DNA of 64,000 nt from Candidatus Binatia bacterium. Its GTDB lineage: Bacteria; Desulfobacterota; Binatia; UBA9968; CAXXLF01. The DNA is taken from assembly GCA_963664015.2 (NCBI GenBank), contig CAXXLF010000002.1, forward strand, positions 128,001 through 192,000. Direction: 5' to 3'. Of the stretch, positions 54,458 through 64,000 are shown piece by piece. The position numbers and the translations under genes were made by a program. A model generated the notes under the pieces. The model ran no database searches. It was not told the DNA's origin and was given only the letters and a program-made list of their open reading frames with translations. Position 1 is the first letter of the stretch; each line of letters starts with the position of its first letter.

Positions 54458-55910
54458 GAGATGTCCGAATGACGTTCGGTATCCGTAGCTTAGGTTGGGC
54501 GGTGTTTTGCGCCAGGGATTTAAGAAACGTATCGCACCACCAGTTAGCGTCCCGATTTCGGAGGGCGCGTCGCAATCTTTGCATGCGTCTCTTTTTTTCA
54601 CTCTCGTCCATGGTAAGGCAACGGTCTATGGTGTCTGCAAGTCCTTCGATATCGTACGGATTTACGACGATTGCATCTTTGAGGATGCCCGCGGCGCCGG
54701 CAAATTCGCTTAGGACAAGACAACCATCATCGTGTATCCTTGAAGCCACGTATTCCTCTGCCACCAAATTCATGCCGTCTCTTAGCGGCGTAATGAGAGC
54801 CAAATCCGCCGCTGCATAATATTGAGCCAACCTATCCATGGGGTAGGCCCTATAAAGGTAGCGGATGGGGACCCACTTCCCAGTACTGAAACGACCACTG
54901 ATACGCCCAATGATCTCATCGATCTTTTGCCTCAAGGTTCTGTACTCCTGCAGCTGTGTTCGTGAAGGAACGGCAATCTGTATGAAGCAAACATTCTCCC
55001 GGTATTTGGGATACTTTTCGAGAAAACGTTCATAGGCCAGGAGGCGCTCCAGAATCCCCTTGGTATAGTCGAGACGGTCAGCGCCAAGTAAAACATGCTG
55101 GACCCCGACTTCGTTGCGGATCTGCTTTGTCATCTTTTCGCTCGATGTTGTGGAGGCTAACGCGTTCCATTTTACGTAGTCGATCCCAACCGGGAACGCT
55201 CCGACTTTCACCTTGCGGCCTTCATACTCGATTTGGGAGCGGGTTCTGTCTATAGGCAGTTGCAAGACATCTTCAACCGATTGGAGAAAGTTATCCGCGT
55301 GAATCTTTAATTGAAACCCGATCAGGTCACTTCCAAGCATACCCCGCAAGACCTCTTCTCGCCAAGGCAGAACCCGGAATAAAGGTGATGCGGGAAAAGG
55401 GATGTGCCAGAAAAACCCAATGGATAGATTGTGCCTAGCCTCCCTGAGCATGCCGGGCAGCAGGGTCAAATGAAAATCGTGGATCCAAATGCTGCTCTGA
55501 TCGTCGAATTGGGAAATAAAGGTTTTAGCAAACTTGCGATTAACTGTGTCATAAGCCTTCCAGTATTCGTTGTTAAACTGGCACCGCTCGACGAAGTAGT
55601 GGCAGAGAGGCCACATGACACGATTGGAAAATCCCTGATAGTAGTTTCTTACTTCCTGCTCAGTGAGCTGGATGAGACGCATGGAATACTTGGGATCACC
55701 CTCAGGGACACGGATCTCGGCCGACGAACCCAGATCTTCTCCCCAGGCAATCCAGTTGCCGCCCCTTTGGCACATGATCTCATCCAGGACCGAAACTAAG
55801 CCACCTACGGTTCTCTCATATCTAGTGGATCCGGATCTCTTCTTTGGATCGTAGGGTGCGCGATTGGAGATAATGGTTAAAGGGCCGTCTTGGTCTTTTT
55901 TATCTCCCAT
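54438..55910 (-). CDS. otsA: GT20 trehalose-6-phosphate synthase-like protein
   Basis: SNR.P, GGLV, YYQGFSN...WP..HY, WIHDFHL, HIPFP, DRLDYTKG and RDGMNLVA.EY motifs. Confidence 0.88.
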   Translation of the reverse strand: MGDKKDQDGPLTIISNRAPYDPKKRSGSTRYERTVGGLVSVLDEIMCQRGGNWIAWGEDLGSSAEIRVPEGDPKYSMRLIQLTEQEVRNYYQGFSNRVMWPLCHYFVERCQFNNEYWKAYDTVNRKFAKTFISQFDDQSSIWIHDFHLTLLPGMLREARHNLSIGFFWHIPFPASPLFRVLPWREEVLRGMLGSDLIGFQLKIHADNFLQSVEDVLQLPIDRTRSQIEYEGRKVKVGAFPVGIDYVKWNALASTTSSEKMTKQIRNEVGVQHVLLGADRLDYTKGILERLLAYERFLEKYPKYRENVCFIQIAVPSRTQLQEYRTLRQKIDEIIGRISGRFSTGKWVPIRYLYRAYPMDRLAQYYAAADLALITPLRDGMNLVAEEYVASRIHDDGCLVLSEFAGAAGILKDAIVVNPYDIEGLADTIDRCLTMDESEKKRRMQRLRRALRNRDANWWCDTFLKSLAQNTAQPKLRIPNVIRTSPNPTVQ

Positions 55911-56080
55911 GGTAAATCGAGTGGCCAGCCAGGTGCCGAATGGCGCACACCTGGGCCGTTCCAAGCATAGGTGGTAAGCCCTGGGGTGTCAACCGGGTTG
56001 CGGACGTTTTTTTTTGCTATTTGGATCTAAACAGGCTATTCAACACAGTTTCAGGTCAACTCATCCGGAGGAGTCGCATC

Positions 56081-57100
56081 ATGGGAGAGCCTACACTACT
56101 GAGCGCGTGCTTATTCTTTGCTATTAGCGCCGGAGTTATTATTATCGCCGGGACGAAGCTTTCGAAATACGGAGACCTCCTGGCTGACATTACGGGCCTG
56201 GGGCGGGTTTGGATTGGCGCACTACTGCTCGCTGGGGCAACCTCTCTGCCGGAAGCCCTTACCTGCATCAGCGCCGTAGCGTGGGTGGATGCCCCGGATC
56301 TTGCATTGGGTAATCTGTTCGGTGCTTGTATGCTCAACATGTTCACACTCGCCCTGGTCGATCTGCTGTATCGTAAGGCAAAGGTCTGGCACGGGGTCTC
56401 TTATTCTCAGATCCTACTGGCGGGCCTGGCCATCTCGCTGGCTGGACTTGTCTCCCTTTTTATCCTTTCGGATGTGGAAACCTTGATCTTTGGGTGGGTT
56501 GGTTGGGATACCCTGGTCATCGGGCTTGTCTACGTCCTTGGAATCCGATTCGTTCTGAATTATGAGATGCAACTGAAAGCCGCCGAAGATTCCGAGCCCA
56601 GTACATACGATGGAAGCGTTTCTCTTTCTCGTGCGATTTTTTTCTTCAGCCTAGCGGCTATTGCCATCCTCCTCGTCGCCCCGCTGCTGGCCAAATCAGC
56701 CAAAACAATCGCCGACGTCACCGGAGTGGGGACCACATTCATCGGAGCCTCCCTGGTAGCATTGGCAACATCTCTCCCTGAGATGGTGACTGCACTGGCG
56801 GCGGTTCGGCTTGGTGCGTACGACCTAGCCGTGGGGAACCTCTTCGGAAGCAATGCCTTCAACATGATGCTCGTTCTTCCAACGGACGTGGCTTACTCGA
56901 AGGGGAGTCTGCTGCAAGCGGTATCCACGACACAAGTGACGGCCGGGCTGTTGGCCATCATACTGATGAGCATCGGTATTATGGGACTTATTTTCCGTAG
57001 GGAAAAGCGCTGGTATTTGTTGGAACCCGATAGCCTCATATTGGCGCTCGCCTATTTTGCCGGGCTATTTATGTTATTCCGCCTGGGAGTCGCTATCTAG
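56081..57100 (+). CDS. Na+/Ca2+ exchanger (CaCA family)
   Basis: Two alpha repeats, ATSLPE...GNLFG; GGAG SD before ATG 56081. Confidence 0.93.
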   Translation: MGEPTLLSACLFFAISAGVIIIAGTKLSKYGDLLADITGLGRVWIGALLLAGATSLPEALTCISAVAWVDAPDLALGNLFGACMLNMFTLALVDLLYRKAKVWHGVSYSQILLAGLAISLAGLVSLFILSDVETLIFGWVGWDTLVIGLVYVLGIRFVLNYEMQLKAAEDSEPSTYDGSVSLSRAIFFFSLAAIAILLVAPLLAKSAKTIADVTGVGTTFIGASLVALATSLPEMVTALAAVRLGAYDLAVGNLFGSNAFNMMLVLPTDVAYSKGSLLQAVSTTQVTAGLLAIILMSIGIMGLIFRREKRWYLLEPDSLILALAYFAGLFMLFRLGVAI

Positions 57101-57176
57101 GTTCATACGGTCAAAGAATAGAGCGTCTCTTATCAAAATGGGTTGATCTTTCCAACCCCCACTATGTAAATAACTT

Positions 57177-58994
57177 CTAGCTCAAACGGATCAAGATCCA
57201 TCCCAGAACGACAAAGACGAGGACAACCATGAGCACCGCCCAACCCAACCGGGGTCGGTACAGATTCTCATTGTAACCCGTTCCTCTTTCAGCAAGCGGC
57301 ACAAATTCACCCGCCCCTCCGTCTCGACCTTTGTGTGTTAAAGGTTTAAGAGCCTGCCCCGTCAGGATATTCCGTGTTCGGAATAGAAACACTTCAAAAT
57401 AATAGTGTGGATCGCTGCTAATGCGTCCCACTGATGCCACGGCTGCAGAAGCCCATCTCTGAGTGGTTCGACCACTTGTGTCGATAATGTCAGTACAAAA
57501 CCGTAAGAAACCAATGCCGAATTTTCTGTACAACCAATCCGTGTCAAGGATGACGACGTCTTCCATGACAAGCTTTTTATAGAGTAAGCGATAGCCCAGG
57601 ATTGTTCCCAGCAGGATGCCCATGGTTCTGATGACGTGATTTGCGGTATAGGGATGATAATCTGTTTGGAACGGGAGGAGGCGGTACAGAAAATCTGGGT
57701 AAATGCCAATGATCACGCACAGTGCGGACATTAACCCCATTGCTAGCAGCATGTTCCATTGGGGATCGCGTGCGTCAACGTTCATGTGCCCCCTAAGGAA
57801 GACTTTGTAGGGAATTTTAACGCCGATGCATAGAAAGGTCCCAACGGATGCTACAAGCAGCAGAATTTCGATAATGGGTTGGTGGTTGAGGGCGGCCCCG
57901 GTAATGATCATGCTTTTACTTATGAACCCGTTAAACAGAGGAACTCCGGAGATTGAGAAGGCTCCTATCATGTAGCACACGAACGTCCACGGCATCTTTT
58001 TGGCCAGTCCGCCCAATTCTGTGAACTTACTTCGGCCGGTTATATGGAGAACGGCACCGGCCGCCATAAAGAGAAGTGCCTTGTAAAGAATGTGACAAAA
58101 AGCATGAGCGGCGCTGCCATTGAGTGCCATCTGGGATCCTAGGCCCACGCCGCACACCATATATCCTACTTGGCTTACGATATGATAGGCCAATAGACGT
58201 CGTATATCGCTAACGACAAAGGCAAAAATAACACCATAAACGGCCATGATCGCGCCCACCCAAACCAGAATCTCTACTCCGGGAAAGGTACGGGCCAGGA
58301 CATAAACACCGGTCTTGGTGGTAAAAGCGGTCATAAAGACACTTCCGGTTACCGTACCTTCCGGATAAGCATCCGTAAGCCATGCGTGAAGCGGGGGAAT
58401 AGCCGAATTGAGTCCGAACCCGAGGAGGATCAGATAGAACCCTAACCCAGGCCCTGGTGTGACAAAGTCCAGAGACCCCGTTTGGCTCCATTGAATCACG
58501 ACTCCTCCCAGAAGTAAGGATCCTCCAGTCATGTGCACCAGAAGGTAGCGAAACCCAACCGCTGTCGATGTCTCCTTTCTCCGCAAAAGGATCAGGAACA
58601 CGGAGGAGATGGCCATGATCTCCCAAAAGATGAAAAGGCTAAAATAATCCCCGCAAAAAACGACCCCGAGGGAACCGCCCACATAGGCCAGGGCCGCCAG
58701 ATGCTCGCCGATTCCTTTTATCTGCAAGGCATAGATAAAAGAGACAAAACTCATGATCACGAAAACAAGGCCAAATAGGAAGCTCAGGCGATCAACACGA
58801 AGCAATACGATCTGTAAACCTGAGTAATCAAGAACAAACTGATCACCGGGTGAAAGAGCAAGCAGATTGAAGAATGCTGCTAGGGGGACGAGCAAAAGGC
58901 ATGCTTGGCGAAGTTTGCCCTTAAAAAGTAGTACAAGGGGTATTCCCAGGAAGTAAATAACCGCGGGAGGAATACCGTCAATCATAATAGTCAT
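57177..58994 (-). CDS. mrpD: Mrp antiporter subunit D-like (third copy)
   Basis: FIFWE, PLHAWL.DAYP, AY..VSQ.GY, H...KALLF and G.P..NGF.SK motifs. Confidence 0.88.
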   Translation of the reverse strand: MTIMIDGIPPAVIYFLGIPLVLLFKGKLRQACLLLVPLAAFFNLLALSPGDQFVLDYSGLQIVLLRVDRLSFLFGLVFVIMSFVSFIYALQIKGIGEHLAALAYVGGSLGVVFCGDYFSLFIFWEIMAISSVFLILLRRKETSTAVGFRYLLVHMTGGSLLLGGVVIQWSQTGSLDFVTPGPGLGFYLILLGFGLNSAIPPLHAWLTDAYPEGTVTGSVFMTAFTTKTGVYVLARTFPGVEILVWVGAIMAVYGVIFAFVVSDIRRLLAYHIVSQVGYMVCGVGLGSQMALNGSAAHAFCHILYKALLFMAAGAVLHITGRSKFTELGGLAKKMPWTFVCYMIGAFSISGVPLFNGFISKSMIITGAALNHQPIIEILLLVASVGTFLCIGVKIPYKVFLRGHMNVDARDPQWNMLLAMGLMSALCVIIGIYPDFLYRLLPFQTDYHPYTANHVIRTMGILLGTILGYRLLYKKLVMEDVVILDTDWLYRKFGIGFLRFCTDIIDTSGRTTQRWASAAVASVGRISSDPHYYFEVFLFRTRNILTGQALKPLTHKGRDGGAGEFVPLAERGTGYNENLYRPRLGWAVLMVVLVFVVLGWILIRLS

Positions 58995-59193
58995 CTCCTC
59001 GTTGAAGCCAATGCTTGGCCAAAAGCTTGGAGCATTTAATGATCAAGACGCACGCAACGAGGCCGAGGAGAAAATCGAAGGCGGGCGTTTCGTGCCACCA
59101 GAAAACCGGGTGGTCCCGCTCTGCTATTAAAAAGTCAGCGAGGACGCTTACGGCGATGGCGATGCTTAGGACAATTCCGGCCTTGGTCTTCAT
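58978..59193 (-). CDS. Small Mrp-associated membrane protein
   Basis: Two TM segments, W...P.F....G...C and C-terminal R..DYY; coupled to its neighbours. Confidence 0.8.
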   Translation of the reverse strand: MKTKAGIVLSIAIAVSVLADFLIAERDHPVFWWHETPAFDFLLGLVACVLIIKCSKLLAKHWLQRGDDYYD

Positions 59194-59199
59194 TTGGAT

Positions 59200-60684
59200 T
59201 TATCCCATCCCCAAGATGTTTCGTACCGACATTCGAGTCAAGTGAAGAAGACTAATAAAGGCATTGGGGACCAGGCCAAGGACAATAGCCAAGATGGCCG
59301 TAATAGCCAGCGGTACCACCATGAACGGAGAGGCTTCGTCCCTTCCCGTGAATTCCTCCGAGGTTCGGAAAAAAGCTCGAAATACGATCGGAAAGAAATA
59401 GGCAATATTCAAAACTGCGCTCGAAAGGAGGACCACCAGAAACACGGTCTCGTGGGCTTCCAGAGTACCCAAACAGAGGTACCACTTGCTCAAGAAGCCA
59501 CTGACCGGGGGGACCCCCGCCATTCCCAGGGCCCCGATAGTAAATGCTGCCATGGTAATTGGCATTTGTCGCCCGATGCCGTTCATTTGGCTGATATTCT
59601 CTACGCGGGTCTTGGCATAGATGGCTCCTGCCACAAAAAACAGGGTGATCTTCATGAACGCGTGGTTGGAAATGTGGAGGATGGCGCCCGTGAGTGAATT
59701 GGGAGTAACGAGAGCCGCTCCTAAAATGATGTAGGAAAGCTGGCTTATGGTAGAGAATGCGAGACGCCGCTTGAGATTATTCTGAGCGAGAGCAAACATG
59801 GAGGCCACCAGTATGGTAAAGGACGCGAGATAGGCCAAGATAATCCATAGGTCGATCTCTTTGAGGAGATTGGGGCCAAACACGTAGCCAATGATTCTCA
59901 CGCTTCCGAACACGCCGGCTTTGACAACGGCCACGGCGTGCAATAGTGCGCTGACTGGGGTTGGGGCCACCATGGCTGTCGGTAGCCAGGCGTGGATGGG
60001 CATAATGCCGGCTTTAGCCCCGACTCCAAGCATGAAGGTCACGAATAGAATTTGAAGCACCTCTCTGCTCGCATGCCCAGCCAGGAAACCGCCCGGTACG
60101 AAGTCGAGATTGCCCACAAGGTTATAGGTCCAACCGATTGAGAACAGGAGAAACACGCTTGCCGTAAGAAGATAGGCAAGATACTTTCGTCCGGCCATAA
60201 TGGCTTCGGGGGTTTCTTTATGGATAACCAGAGGATAAGTGGAAATGGTGAGCATTTCGAAGAATACGAAAAAGGTCATGAGGTTGCCGGCAAAGGCAAT
60301 GCCCATGGTGGCGGAAAGGCAAAGTGCAAAACTGAAGAAGTATCGGGTCTGGGCGTGCTCTTTCAGACCACGCATGTAACCGATGGAATAAAGGGAGGTC
60401 AGAATCCACAGACCTGATGCTACCAGCGCAAAATAGAGACCGAAGGTATCTACCCGGAGCTGGAGAGGAACACCCGGAAGGATGTCTAAAATAGTGAATT
60501 CCACCACCTTCCCATCCAATACCGTTGGAAGCAATGAGGCCACCAAAGAAAACTTGGTGACCGCAGCCAAAAGTGTCCATAGCTCGCGGACATTGGGGCG
60601 GCGATTCGAGGAAAGTATAAGGAATGCAGCAACCAAAGACACCAGAATGGTGAGGGCGGGTCGGATGGAGTGAACAACTTCCAT
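59200..60684 (-). CDS. mrpD: Mrp antiporter subunit D-like (second copy)
   Basis: H.WLPTAMVAPTPVSALLH, LKRRLAFST.SQL and H..MKITLF motifs. Confidence 0.9.
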   Translation of the reverse strand: MEVVHSIRPALTILVSLVAAFLILSSNRRPNVRELWTLLAAVTKFSLVASLLPTVLDGKVVEFTILDILPGVPLQLRVDTFGLYFALVASGLWILTSLYSIGYMRGLKEHAQTRYFFSFALCLSATMGIAFAGNLMTFFVFFEMLTISTYPLVIHKETPEAIMAGRKYLAYLLTASVFLLFSIGWTYNLVGNLDFVPGGFLAGHASREVLQILFVTFMLGVGAKAGIMPIHAWLPTAMVAPTPVSALLHAVAVVKAGVFGSVRIIGYVFGPNLLKEIDLWIILAYLASFTILVASMFALAQNNLKRRLAFSTISQLSYIILGAALVTPNSLTGAILHISNHAFMKITLFFVAGAIYAKTRVENISQMNGIGRQMPITMAAFTIGALGMAGVPPVSGFLSKWYLCLGTLEAHETVFLVVLLSSAVLNIAYFFPIVFRAFFRTSEEFTGRDEASPFMVVPLAITAILAIVLGLVPNAFISLLHLTRMSVRNILGMG

Positions 60685-60733
60685 TGGACTATATCTTCTT
60701 CACCTGTTTGATCCGTTCGCCTAAGTAAGGATG

Positions 60734-62227
60734 CTATTGAATTACCTTGGGAACCGCGGCATCGAGAACTGAGGAGACAATTTTCCCGCTAGACAAACCG
60801 ATAACGAGGATCGCAGCTGCCATGATCCATGTTGGTAAAAGCATGCTGATGGGTGCTTCGTTCCGGATTCCACCTGCTAAATGTTCGTTCTCTCCTACAT
60901 GACTTGGCTCAAGGTAGGCTTTCTCGATGACCCGGAAGAAGTAAACCGCATTCAGAAGGCTACTCGCTAAAATAACCACAGTGAGGCCCCACTGATTGGC
61001 CTCAATCGTTCCCAAGAGCAAATACCACTTGCTGAAAAATCCCGCCGTTGGGGGAATCCCGATCATGGAAAGGGCTGCAATCACGAAGGCTGCCATGGTC
61101 CAGGGCATGGTTCGATGCACTCCCCTCAAACGAAAAATATCTCTCATGCCGTGTCGGAACATGAGTGAGCCCGAAACCATGAACAGGCAGCCTTTCATGA
61201 GAGCGTGATTGAGAATGTGTAAATAGGCGCCAATGATGGCCAGCCGGTTACCCAGTGCAATGCCGAGGAAAATGTAGCCTATTTGACTGACGCTCGAGTA
61301 TGCAAGCATCCTCTTGAGGTCCCTCTGGGCGATGGCCATGACCGATCCTACAATGATGGCAATACCAGCCACTACGGATAGGATGGTTCCCACCGGCAAG
61401 AGCTCGAAACTGAAGCGAGGCTCAAAAACGGTAAACATGGTCCGGATGAGCGCGTAGGCGGCAACCTTAGTCATGAGGGGAGCAATGAAGGCGCTCACTG
61501 CAGATGGGGCGTAGGTATAGGCGTCGGGCAGCCAAGTGTGTAGCGGGAACAGGGCAATTTTGATCCCCAACCCTACGGTAATGAAAGCAAACGCGATACG
61601 AATTACCGGGGAGCCGTAGAGCTCGGGCAGAAGACCCCTCAAGTCCGCCATGTTTAATGTACCGGTCATGATGTACAGGTACCCAACGCCAAGAAGGTAA
61701 AGGCTTGCGCCGATAGTTCCCAGGATTACGTAGTTGAACGCGGCCAGCGGAGCTCCGTCCTCACCGATGGCAATCAACGCATAGGCCGTGATGGAAGATA
61801 TCTCCAGAAAGACAAAGAGGTTGAACATGTCTCCCGTGACGAGCATTCCCAAAAGACCCGTGGTTAACAAGAGGTAAAGACAGTAGAAATGGACGAAGCG
61901 GTCAGGGATTTCCTTGAGCAGGCTTCGACGTGAATATATACCGACCAGCAAGGCAATGCCCGAAACAAATGGCAGCATATAGGCGTTGAGGTGATCGATG
62001 ACGATTTCGATCCCCCAAGGGGGCGGCCAACCCCCAAGGGAGTAATGGATGTTGTCTCCACGGAGCACCGTCGCCAGGATGTCCAAGGAACAGACAAAGG
62101 TGGCTCCAAGAGCGGCTATGGTGAGAACAAACGACAACTCTCGTCTGAGCCAAGCCACAAGGGGCACCAGGAACGAACTCATCAAGGGAATGATTATAAT
62201 GAGAATGGGGCTTTGATCCCCGATCAT
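60734..62227 (-). CDS. mrpD: Mrp antiporter subunit D (first copy)
   Basis: GD.FNLFVFLEI, KIALFPLH.WLPDAY and KRMLAYSSVSQ motifs. Confidence 0.92.
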   Translation of the reverse strand: MIGDQSPILIIIIPLMSSFLVPLVAWLRRELSFVLTIAALGATFVCSLDILATVLRGDNIHYSLGGWPPPWGIEIVIDHLNAYMLPFVSGIALLVGIYSRRSLLKEIPDRFVHFYCLYLLLTTGLLGMLVTGDMFNLFVFLEISSITAYALIAIGEDGAPLAAFNYVILGTIGASLYLLGVGYLYIMTGTLNMADLRGLLPELYGSPVIRIAFAFITVGLGIKIALFPLHTWLPDAYTYAPSAVSAFIAPLMTKVAAYALIRTMFTVFEPRFSFELLPVGTILSVVAGIAIIVGSVMAIAQRDLKRMLAYSSVSQIGYIFLGIALGNRLAIIGAYLHILNHALMKGCLFMVSGSLMFRHGMRDIFRLRGVHRTMPWTMAAFVIAALSMIGIPPTAGFFSKWYLLLGTIEANQWGLTVVILASSLLNAVYFFRVIEKAYLEPSHVGENEHLAGGIRNEAPISMLLPTWIMAAAILVIGLSSGKIVSSVLDAAVPKVIQ

Positions 62228-62595
62228 TTACCTGCCTCTAAAATCTCGTTTTCCTCCAGTGTCTTGTACCTGTTGTAGATCATCTTTACGATGGCAAGGG
62301 CCACGCCCGTGGTGCTGACCATGACGACGATGGCCGTCAACATGAGAACGTGGGGTAAGGGGTTGGCATATTTGGAAGGATCCACAGCGGTGTTGAACGC
62401 GTGATTTATGAGAATGGGCACCGTTGCCCCGCTTTTAACCGCAATGGATACAAAATAAAGGATAATGGCCGTCTGGAAAATATTCATCCCGATCAGTTTC
62501 TTGACCAGGTTCTTCTTCCCGATCATGGCGTAAAAACCGATCATCATCATGAGGATATAGATCCAGTAGTTGTAATTGTTAACTAGATATTCCAT
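62224..62595 (-). CDS. mrpC: Mrp antiporter subunit C
   Basis: NLVKK.IG and NPLPH.L.LTAIVV motifs. Confidence 0.93.
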   Translation of the reverse strand: MEYLVNNYNYWIYILMMMIGFYAMIGKKNLVKKLIGMNIFQTAIILYFVSIAVKSGATVPILINHAFNTAVDPSKYANPLPHVLMLTAIVVMVSTTGVALAIVKMIYNRYKTLEENEILEAGK

Positions 62596-63043
62596 CGTCT
62601 TCCTCGGAGGAGGGCTCAGGTTCCAATAAACTGACGAATATGGACACCATCATGGCCATGACTGTAATCCCAACGCCGATTTCAATGCCCAGCATGCCCA
62701 GGTATCTTGCCTTTGCCGGCGTAGTGCTCAGAAAGGCTAAAGCCGAATAATCAAGGTAGTTGCCTCCGAAGATCACGCAGGCCAATCCAATCCCGGAATA
62801 AATGAGTACCCCCATGCTGGCTAGTAGCTCCCTCGACCGCTCTGTCAGCCGCCTCCCTACTTCTTCCCTTCCCAGGGAAATACACAATAGAATGAAGCTG
62901 GCTCCAAAAATGACCCCTCCCTGAAATCCACCTCCCGGGCTGCTGTGGCCATGAAGGATAACGTACAACGCATAAAGCTGCAGGAACGGTACCAGGATGC
63001 GACAAATGGTCGCCACGATAACGCTACGGTACTCAAAAATCAT
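62579..63043 (-). CDS. mrpB: Mrp antiporter subunit B
   Basis: HGH.SPGGGFQGG motif. Confidence 0.92.
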   Translation of the reverse strand: MIFEYRSVIVATICRILVPFLQLYALYVILHGHSSPGGGFQGGVIFGASFILLCISLGREEVGRRLTERSRELLASMGVLIYSGIGLACVIFGGNYLDYSALAFLSTTPAKARYLGMLGIEIGVGITVMAMMVSIFVSLLEPEPSSEEDDGISS

Positions 63044-63315
63044 CGTCGTTTTTTTCGAGCCAGGAGAAAGAGACAGGCGATGCCGGCACTAAAGATCACC
63101 GTGACTTCACCCAGCGTATCAAAACCCCGGTAGTCTGCCAGAACCGCGGTCACGACATTCGGAGTATTGGTTTCTTCCATGGATTTTTCCAGGTAGCGTG
63201 GCGAGACGTGCCGGCTGGCAGGCGACTTGGGGTCTCCCCACCCGGGCATGTCACCGGTGCTATAAATCAGCAATGCCCCCATCAAGACCGATACGAGAAG
63301 CGCAAAAAGCTTCAA
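63040..63315 (-). CDS. MbhE-like subunit (split MrpA/B segment)
   Basis: NVVTAVLADYRGFDTLGE motif. Confidence 0.9.
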   Translation of the reverse strand: MKLFALLVSVLMGALLIYSTGDMPGWGDPKSPASRHVSPRYLEKSMEETNTPNVVTAVLADYRGFDTLGEVTVIFSAGIACLFLLARKKRR

Positions 63316-63578
63316 TCCTTAGACCTCCGATTCGTGGTCGCAATGGTCGTGATAAATAGAACTGTGGATATTCCAGCACCGACTGCGGCCTCAGTGAATG
63401 AAACATCCACTGCAGCCATCTCAGCCCACAAAAGGGCCATAAAAAAGCTATAGGCACTCAGTATCATGACCGAACTGGCGAGGTCCTTGACCGTAACGGC
63501 CGCCAAGGCGCAGATGACCACGAAAATCAGGAGAATAAAATCGAGCTGCCAAATCACTTCTTTGGCCCCACTTTCCAC
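63312..63578 (-). CDS. DUF4040/MbhD-like subunit
   Basis: A.DV.FTEAAVGAG motif. Confidence 0.9.
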   Translation of the reverse strand: MESGAKEVIWQLDFILLIFVVICALAAVTVKDLASSVMILSAYSFFMALLWAEMAAVDVSFTEAAVGAGISTVLFITTIATTNRRSKD

Positions 63579-63856
63579 AGCAGCTCACCCGAGTAGAGGG
63601 CAGCCCGAAGCATGGCGTGGGTTGCAGTGGGGTTGGCCAGCATAATGAAAACGGTGATTAAGAGGAGCTTCAGGCTCACAAGATTCACCCCGTTAGTAAC
63701 CGCAATGCCCAGGAGGATCAATTGAGCCCCCAGCGTGTCGCACTTCCCGGCCGCGTGCAATCGTGTGTAGACATCGGGGAATCGAAGGAGTCCGGCGGTA
63801 CCCGTGAAAAAGAAGAAAAGGCCGGCCACGATTAGAATGATCGCCACGAGACCCAT
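63554..63856 (-). CDS. mrpG: Mrp antiporter subunit G
   Basis: GLLRFPDVYTRLHA..K.DTLG and NP...H motifs. Confidence 0.93.
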   Translation of the reverse strand: MGLVAIILIVAGLFFFFTGTAGLLRFPDVYTRLHAAGKCDTLGAQLILLGIAVTNGVNLVSLKLLLITVFIMLANPTATHAMLRAALYSGELLWKVGPKK

Positions 63857-64000
63857 TTACTGGGCTGCCTCCTTTGACTCTAGATACTTGGCGACGGCCA
63901 GAGTGCCGATAAAATTCAAGAGCCCATAGGCCAAGGATATATCAACGAACATGTCCAATCGCCCCTTGATCATACCAATCAGGGCCAGAATGACCACCGT
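63857..64000 (-). CDS. mrpF: Mrp antiporter subunit F (partial, 5' end outside the window)
   Basis: ...MFVDISLAYGLLNFIGTLAVAKYL then stop. Confidence 0.88.
   Translation of the reverse strand, partial: TVVILALIGMIKGRLDMFVDISLAYGLLNFIGTLAVAKYLESKEAAQ

Noticed and set aside
24112-64000. Established, domesticated horizontal transfer into the animal genome
   Set aside because: No introns, host repeats or compositional amelioration; bacterial operons and promoters are intact; the host gene is left incomplete.
24112-64000. CRISPR array, prophage, integrase or defence system
   Set aside because: No regularly spaced direct repeats or recognisable cas, phage or recombinase motifs.

Overview
This window contains two genomes joined at about 24.0-24.1 kb. 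Bases 1 to ~24,050 are compact, intron-rich animal DNA with short GT-AG introns full of CA/GT/CT microsatellites; a demosponge-like host is inferred but not proven. This part encodes a SEPT2-group septin, MRPL41, NADPH-cytochrome P450 reductase, two tandem intronless adiponectin-receptor (PAQR) paralogs, ARPC3, an AUTS2/FBRSL1/Tay-motif protein with a Helentron-like element in one intron, and only the first (PDZ) exon of MYO18A. Bases ~24,050-64,000 are gene-dense bacterial DNA, probably from a deltaproteobacterial/Binatota-like symbiont (inference). They carry ispE, an ABC transporter, thrB, an orphan nuoB, ubiE/menG with a polyprenyl synthase, a PuuD-like protein, a plant-type class IV aminotransferase and a Rieske oxygenase. 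A ~18 kb salt-adaptation block follows: GpgP, a USP-fused GpgS, decayed Ggs-like/GlgA/glycerate kinase genes, an SSS symporter, an OtsA-like synthase, a Na+/Ca2+ exchanger and an Mrp antiporter. The junction truncates MYO18A and is most simply a chimeric assembly or concatenation. The most notable observations are the AUTS2-like gene, a gene-conversion tract between the PAQR paralogs, complementary repeats at intron ends, an unassigned ~183-nt structured element, and selective decay of one of two glucosylglycerate routes. No CRISPR array, rRNA or complete tRNA was seen. All homology calls come from recognised motifs, not from database searches.
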